The position numbers were made by a program, and so were the translations under genes. A stretch of 64,000 bases of DNA from an uncultured Bifidobacterium sp. (GTDB taxonomy: Bacteria; Actinomycetota; Actinomycetes; Actinomycetales; Bifidobacteriaceae), in assembly GCA_959028125.1 (NCBI GenBank), contig CAUFQQ010000002.1, positions 99,697-163,696 on the forward strand. Reading direction: 5' to 3'. Below, piece by piece: positions 59,762 through 64,000 of the stretch (the stretch's first letter is position 1; each line of letters starts with the position of its first letter). The notes under the pieces were generated by a model. It ran no database searches and had not been told where the DNA came from. It was given only the letters and a program-made list of their open reading frames with translations.

Positions 59762-62700
59762 TCAGCCCAAAGGCAGAGAACTGGGACCGAAAAGGATTTT
59801 GATTTCGGCGAACAGACTCGTGTCGCGGCGTACGCGGAAACGGTCGCCGAACGTCAGTACCTTGGCGTTGCCCTTATCGTCCATCAAGGCGAGCTTCACT
59901 TCGCAGGGTCCAGGATGATTTGAAAGAATCTGTCCCAACTGCTGCACATGCGATTGGTCAAGCGCAATCGGCGGCAGCATAATCGTCACCGGCTTCTCAT
60001 CCTGCGCTTCCAACGTCGGCACGTTGAATTCCGTGGCACGCATGCTTACCGTCTCATCGCGTTTCTCAACCTGTCCGCGAATCTGCACCACCGTGTCGAC
60101 CGCCAGTTCGGGAGCGGCGGCCTCATACACTTTGCCGAAGAACATGCACTGGATGGAGCTTTCCAAATCCTCGATGGTCACAATCGCCCAAGGATTGCCC
60201 TTCTTCGACATACGACGGTCCACGTTCGTGATCAAACCCGCCACCGTCACCTGCTGGCCGTCAGGCATATTCGCCGCGCGATCGATCAGATGCGCGATCG
60301 ACATTTCACGCAACGACACCAGAATCGACTGCATACCGCTCAACGGATGGTCGGACACATACAAGCCAAGCATTTCACGTTCGAAATTCAGCTTGGTTTT
60401 CTTATCCCACTCCTCCACATCGGGCACATTCACCATGGCATCGCCCATGCCCGCATCGTCTTCGCCGGCATCTTCCAAATCGGAGAACAAATCAAACTGG
60501 CCTTCGGCCTGCTTGCGTTTCAAACCGACCACCGAATTAATCGCAGCCTCATGAATCGTAAACAAGGCACGACGGTTCGGATCGATCGAATCAAACGCAC
60601 CGGCCTTAATCAACGATTCAACCAATCGACGATTCAACGCCTCCATCGGCACACGCCTGATGAAATCAGGGAAATTCACATACTTGCCATGATCGTTCTC
60701 ACGTTCCTTGACAATCGCATCAACCGCAGCCTTGCCAACGTTACGGATGGCGCCAAGACCGAAACGCACCACATCGCCGACAGCGGAATACTCGTACACC
60801 GACTCGTTCACGTCAGGAGACAACACCTGGATGCCCATGCGACGAGCCTCGCCCAAATACAACGCGGTCTTGTCTTTGTTCGTACTCGCACCCTGCAGCA
60901 ACGCGGCCATGAATTCCACCGGATAATGCGTTTTCAGATATGCAGTCCAATATGAAATCAAACCGTATGCGGCCGAATGCGCCTTGTTGAACGCATAGCC
61001 CGAAAACGGCACAAGAATATCCCACACGGCCTGCGCCGCCTCCTGGGAATACCCATGCTCCTTCATGCCCGCGAAGAACGGCACCTTCTCCTTGGCCAGC
61101 ACCTCGGGCTTCTTCTTGCCCATTGCTCGACGCAACACGTCTGCCTTGCCCAACGAATAACCCGCCAGAATACGCGCGGCCGACTGCACCTGCTCCTGAT
61201 ACACGATCAGACCATACGTTTCGTCAAGCACTTCCTTCAACGGCTCGGCCACTTCAGGATGAATCGGCGTGATCTTCTGCAAACCATTCTTACGCTTCGC
61301 ATAATTCGTATGCGAATCCATATCCATCGGACCAGGACGATACAACGCGATCAATGCGGAAATATCGTTGAAGTTATTCGGCTTCAACGTTTTCAGCAAC
61401 GAACGCATACCATCAGAATCCAACTGGAACACGCCAAGCGTGTCACCTCGCGACAACAGATCGTACGTGGCACGATCGTCCAATGGAATCTTCGTATGGT
61501 CGATACGCGTCTTGCCATTCGCCTCGATATTGTTCAACGTATCGCGAATAACCGTCAAGTTGGAAAGACCAAGGAAGTCCATCTTGACTAAACCAAGCGT
61601 TTCACACGTATGATACTCCAACGTGGTCGTAACCGTACCATCGGTACGTTCCAGCAGCGGCGACGTATTCGAAATCGGCTCGCTACCCATGATCGTGGCG
61701 CACGCATGCACACCGGTCTGACGGATCAAGCCTTCGATACCCATCGCCTCATCCGTGACGCGCTTCACATCCGGATCGGAATCATAAAGCTCACGGAATT
61801 CGCGGGCCTCCGCATAACGCTTCGAACTCGGCTCGAAAATATCATGCAGCGGAATATCCTTGCCACCCGTCTGCGCCGGCGGCAACGCCTTGGTGATGCG
61901 CTCGCCCATGGAGAATTCGTAGCCCATGATTCGTGCGGAATCCTTCAGCGCCTGTTTGGTTTTGATGGTGCCGTAGATCACGCATTGCGCGACCTTGTCT
62001 CGCCCGTACTTGTCTCCGACATAGTCAAGCACGCGACCGCGGCCGTCCGGATCGAAATCGACGTCGATATCAGGCAGCGACACACGTTCCGGGTTAAGGA
62101 ATCGTTCGAAGATCAAGCCGTGCTTGATTGGATCGAGTTCGGTGATGCCCATGGCATACGCCACCATGGCGCCTGCCGCGGAGCCACGGCCAGGCCCGAC
62201 CATCACACCATGCGATTTGGCCCAGTTGATGTAGTCGGCCACCACAAGGAAGTATCCGCAGAACTGCATCTGACAGATCACACCGCATTCGTAATCGGCC
62301 TGCTTGAGCACTTCGATCGGCGGATGCCCGTCATAACGCCGTTCCAAGCCTTCCTCGACTTTTTTCAGGAACAGCGACGTCTCATCCCAACCTTCCGGGC
62401 AGTCGAATTGGGGCATGAACGCGCCATCTTCATGATCGTCGAACATGACATTGCAGCGTTCGGCGATTTCCAACGTATTGTCGCATGCTTCGGGAATGTC
62501 TTTGAACAGCTCACGCATTTCTTCGGCGGATTTCAGATAGTAGCCGGTGCCGTCAAATTTGAATCGTCCCGGCTCGTCAAGCGTGGATCCCGAATTGATG
62601 CACAGCATGGCATCCTGAGAGCCGGCGTCTTCGGCGCGCACGTAATGGGAATCGTTGGTGGCGAGCAGCGGCGCGTTCAGTTTTTTCGCAATGTCCAGCA

Positions 62701-63352
62701 GACCGTCGGTCACCTGTTTTTCGATTTTCAGACCGTGGTCCATGAATTCGATATAGAAATTGTCACGTCCGAAAATATCCTGCAATTCGCCTGCCGCACG
62801 TAATGCCTCGTCGAATTGGCCGAGCAGCAGTCGCGTTTGGATGATGCCCGACGGGCATCCGGAAGATGCGATAATGCCTTTCGAATATTTGGCAAGGATT
62901 TCCTTATCCATTCGGGGGTATCGCATGACACGTCCCTCGAGATTCGCGTCAGTGGACGCCTTCATCAGATTGACAAGGCCCTCATCGGTTTCCGCCCACA
63001 TCGTAAGGTGGGTGATCAGGCCACCGCCGGATACGTCGTTGGGGTTGCGCCTGCGATGTTGCGGATCGATATCGGGATTCCAGTTGGTATCCCAGCTGAC
63101 GCGGGTTTGATCTTGGCGTGCGGTTTCCGGCGTCACATACGCTTCAATGCCGATAATCGGTTTGACGCCTTCCTTGACCGCAGTGCTCCACATTTCGTAT
63201 GCGCCATGCATGTTGCCGTGATCGGTGATGCCGACGGCCGGCATGTTGAGTTCTTTGGCGCGCTTGACCAGATCCGGAATCTTTGACGCCCCGTCAAGCA
63301 GTGAATAATGCGTGTGATTATGCAGTTGCACGAAATTTCCGGAAGTAGCCAT
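59762..63352 (-). CDS. dnaE: DNA polymerase III alpha subunit
   Basis: PHP domain HNHTHYSLLDG, GPGRGS, PDIDVDF, KMDFLGL, YAFNKAH, OB fold. Confidence 0.97.
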   Translation of the reverse strand: MATSGNFVQLHNHTHYSLLDGASKIPDLVKRAKELNMPAVGITDHGNMHGAYEMWSTAVKEGVKPIIGIEAYVTPETARQDQTRVSWDTNWNPDIDPQHRRRNPNDVSGGGLITHLTMWAETDEGLVNLMKASTDANLEGRVMRYPRMDKEILAKYSKGIIASSGCPSGIIQTRLLLGQFDEALRAAGELQDIFGRDNFYIEFMDHGLKIEKQVTDGLLDIAKKLNAPLLATNDSHYVRAEDAGSQDAMLCINSGSTLDEPGRFKFDGTGYYLKSAEEMRELFKDIPEACDNTLEIAERCNVMFDDHEDGAFMPQFDCPEGWDETSLFLKKVEEGLERRYDGHPPIEVLKQADYECGVICQMQFCGYFLVVADYINWAKSHGVMVGPGRGSAAGAMVAYAMGITELDPIKHGLIFERFLNPERVSLPDIDVDFDPDGRGRVLDYVGDKYGRDKVAQCVIYGTIKTKQALKDSARIMGYEFSMGERITKALPPAQTGGKDIPLHDIFEPSSKRYAEAREFRELYDSDPDVKRVTDEAMGIEGLIRQTGVHACATIMGSEPISNTSPLLERTDGTVTTTLEYHTCETLGLVKMDFLGLSNLTVIRDTLNNIEANGKTRIDHTKIPLDDRATYDLLSRGDTLGVFQLDSDGMRSLLKTLKPNNFNDISALIALYRPGPMDMDSHTNYAKRKNGLQKITPIHPEVAEPLKEVLDETYGLIVYQEQVQSAARILAGYSLGKADVLRRAMGKKKPEVLAKEKVPFFAGMKEHGYSQEAAQAVWDILVPFSGYAFNKAHSAAYGLISYWTAYLKTHYPVEFMAALLQGASTNKDKTALYLGEARRMGIQVLSPDVNESVYEYSAVGDVVRFGLGAIRNVGKAAVDAIVKERENDHGKYVNFPDFIRRVPMEALNRRLVESLIKAGAFDSIDPNRRALFTIHEAAINSVVGLKRKQAEGQFDLFSDLEDAGEDDAGMGDAMVNVPDVEEWDKKTKLNFEREMLGLYVSDHPLSGMQSILVSLREMSIAHLIDRAANMPDGQQVTVAGLITNVDRRMSKKGNPWAIVTIEDLESSIQCMFFGKVYEAAAPELAVDTVVQIRGQVEKRDETVSMRATEFNVPTLEAQDEKPVTIMLPPIALDQSHVQQLGQILSNHPGPCEVKLALMDDKGNAKVLTFGDRFRVRRDTSLFAEIKILFGPSSLPLG

Positions 63353-63386
63353 ACGTTCCAATCTACCGGTGATTGGTGACGTGCGA

Positions 63387-64000
63387 TCACACTTCAGGCT
63401 TGTCTTGTGTGTCGTGCCTGCCGCGCATCACGTCGAGCGCATGCTGCAAATCAGCTGGATAATGCGATTTCACCGTGGTCCACACATGGGTTCGCGGATG
63501 GCGGAATTCAAGTTGCTTGGCGTGCAGCCACTGCCGTTCCAATCCCAATGCCTCACCCAGCTGCGGATTGGCACCGTACATGGCGTCTCCCGCAAGCGGA
63601 TGTCCGATGGACGAGAAATGCACGCGGATCTGATGGGTTCGACCGGTTTCCAGATTCACGGAAACCAACGTCGCCTCACCGAAACGTTCCATCACATCCC
63701 AATGGGTGATGGCTTCTTTGCCGGCGGGCGTAACGCAAAAACGAAAATCGGAGACTTTGGCACGTCCGATCGGCGCTTCGATCGTGGCCTTGTTTTCCTT
63801 GAGATTGCCTTGCACGAGCGCATGATAGGTTTTGACGACTTCATGTTCGGCGAACTGCCTGCGCATTTCCACGTAGGCGAGGTCAGATTTGCACACGAGC
63901 ATCAATCCGGATGTGCCCACGTCGAGGCGGGATACGATACCCTGACGTCCCGCGGCGCCGTAGGAGGTGATGTGCACTCCCCTGTCAAGCAGACTGCCGA
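63387..64000 (-). CDS. RluA-family pseudouridine synthase (5' end outside window)
   Basis: GIVSRLDVGTSG, TGRTHQIRVH, GDAMYG, RQWLHA. Confidence 0.9.
   Translation of the reverse strand, partial: GSLLDRGVHITSYGAAGRQGIVSRLDVGTSGLMLVCKSDLAYVEMRRQFAEHEVVKTYHALVQGNLKENKATIEAPIGRAKVSDFRFCVTPAGKEAITHWDVMERFGEATLVSVNLETGRTHQIRVHFSSIGHPLAGDAMYGANPQLGEALGLERQWLHAKQLEFRHPRTHVWTTVKSHYPADLQHALDVMRGRHDTQDKPEV

Noticed and set aside
59762..63352. Possible intein or split in dnaE
   Set aside because: Length is normal (about 1196 aa) and no splicing motifs were seen; there is only a short PHP-domain loop insertion.

Overview
64-kb chromosomal window of a high-GC Actinobacterium, almost certainly Bifidobacterium (tmRNA tag AKSNRTEFALAA, AraQ-type site before ldh, gene order); the species cannot be fixed from the sequence. 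It is mostly core genome: folC (partial), pepP, a NUDIX hydrolase, a dipeptide/oligopeptide ABC importer, ssrA, the dcw cluster (mraZ to ftsQ, with a degenerate murE-like gene and no ftsZ), helD, serA, nrdR, a LysM gene, lexA with four SOS boxes, a CDF exporter, ldh, hflX, a methyltransferase, hrpA, glnA, his genes, dnaE and a partial RluA. Two patches look accessory. The first (10-15.8 kb) is a probable mannose-utilisation regulon: ROK repressor, PfkB kinase, GH125 and an AGE/YihS isomerase. It is split by tmRNA but linked by a shared palindromic promoter motif, and there is a possible integrative-element scar 3' of ssrA. The second (44.7-52.5 kb) holds a MacAB-like exporter with a Cys-paired lipoprotein and a divergently transcribed ATPase, an MFS transporter, a Cys-rich surface protein and a frameshifted surface protein with two DUF5067-like domains. 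No CRISPR array, IS, integrase, tRNA or rRNA was seen. All calls come from reading the sequence; no database searches were run.
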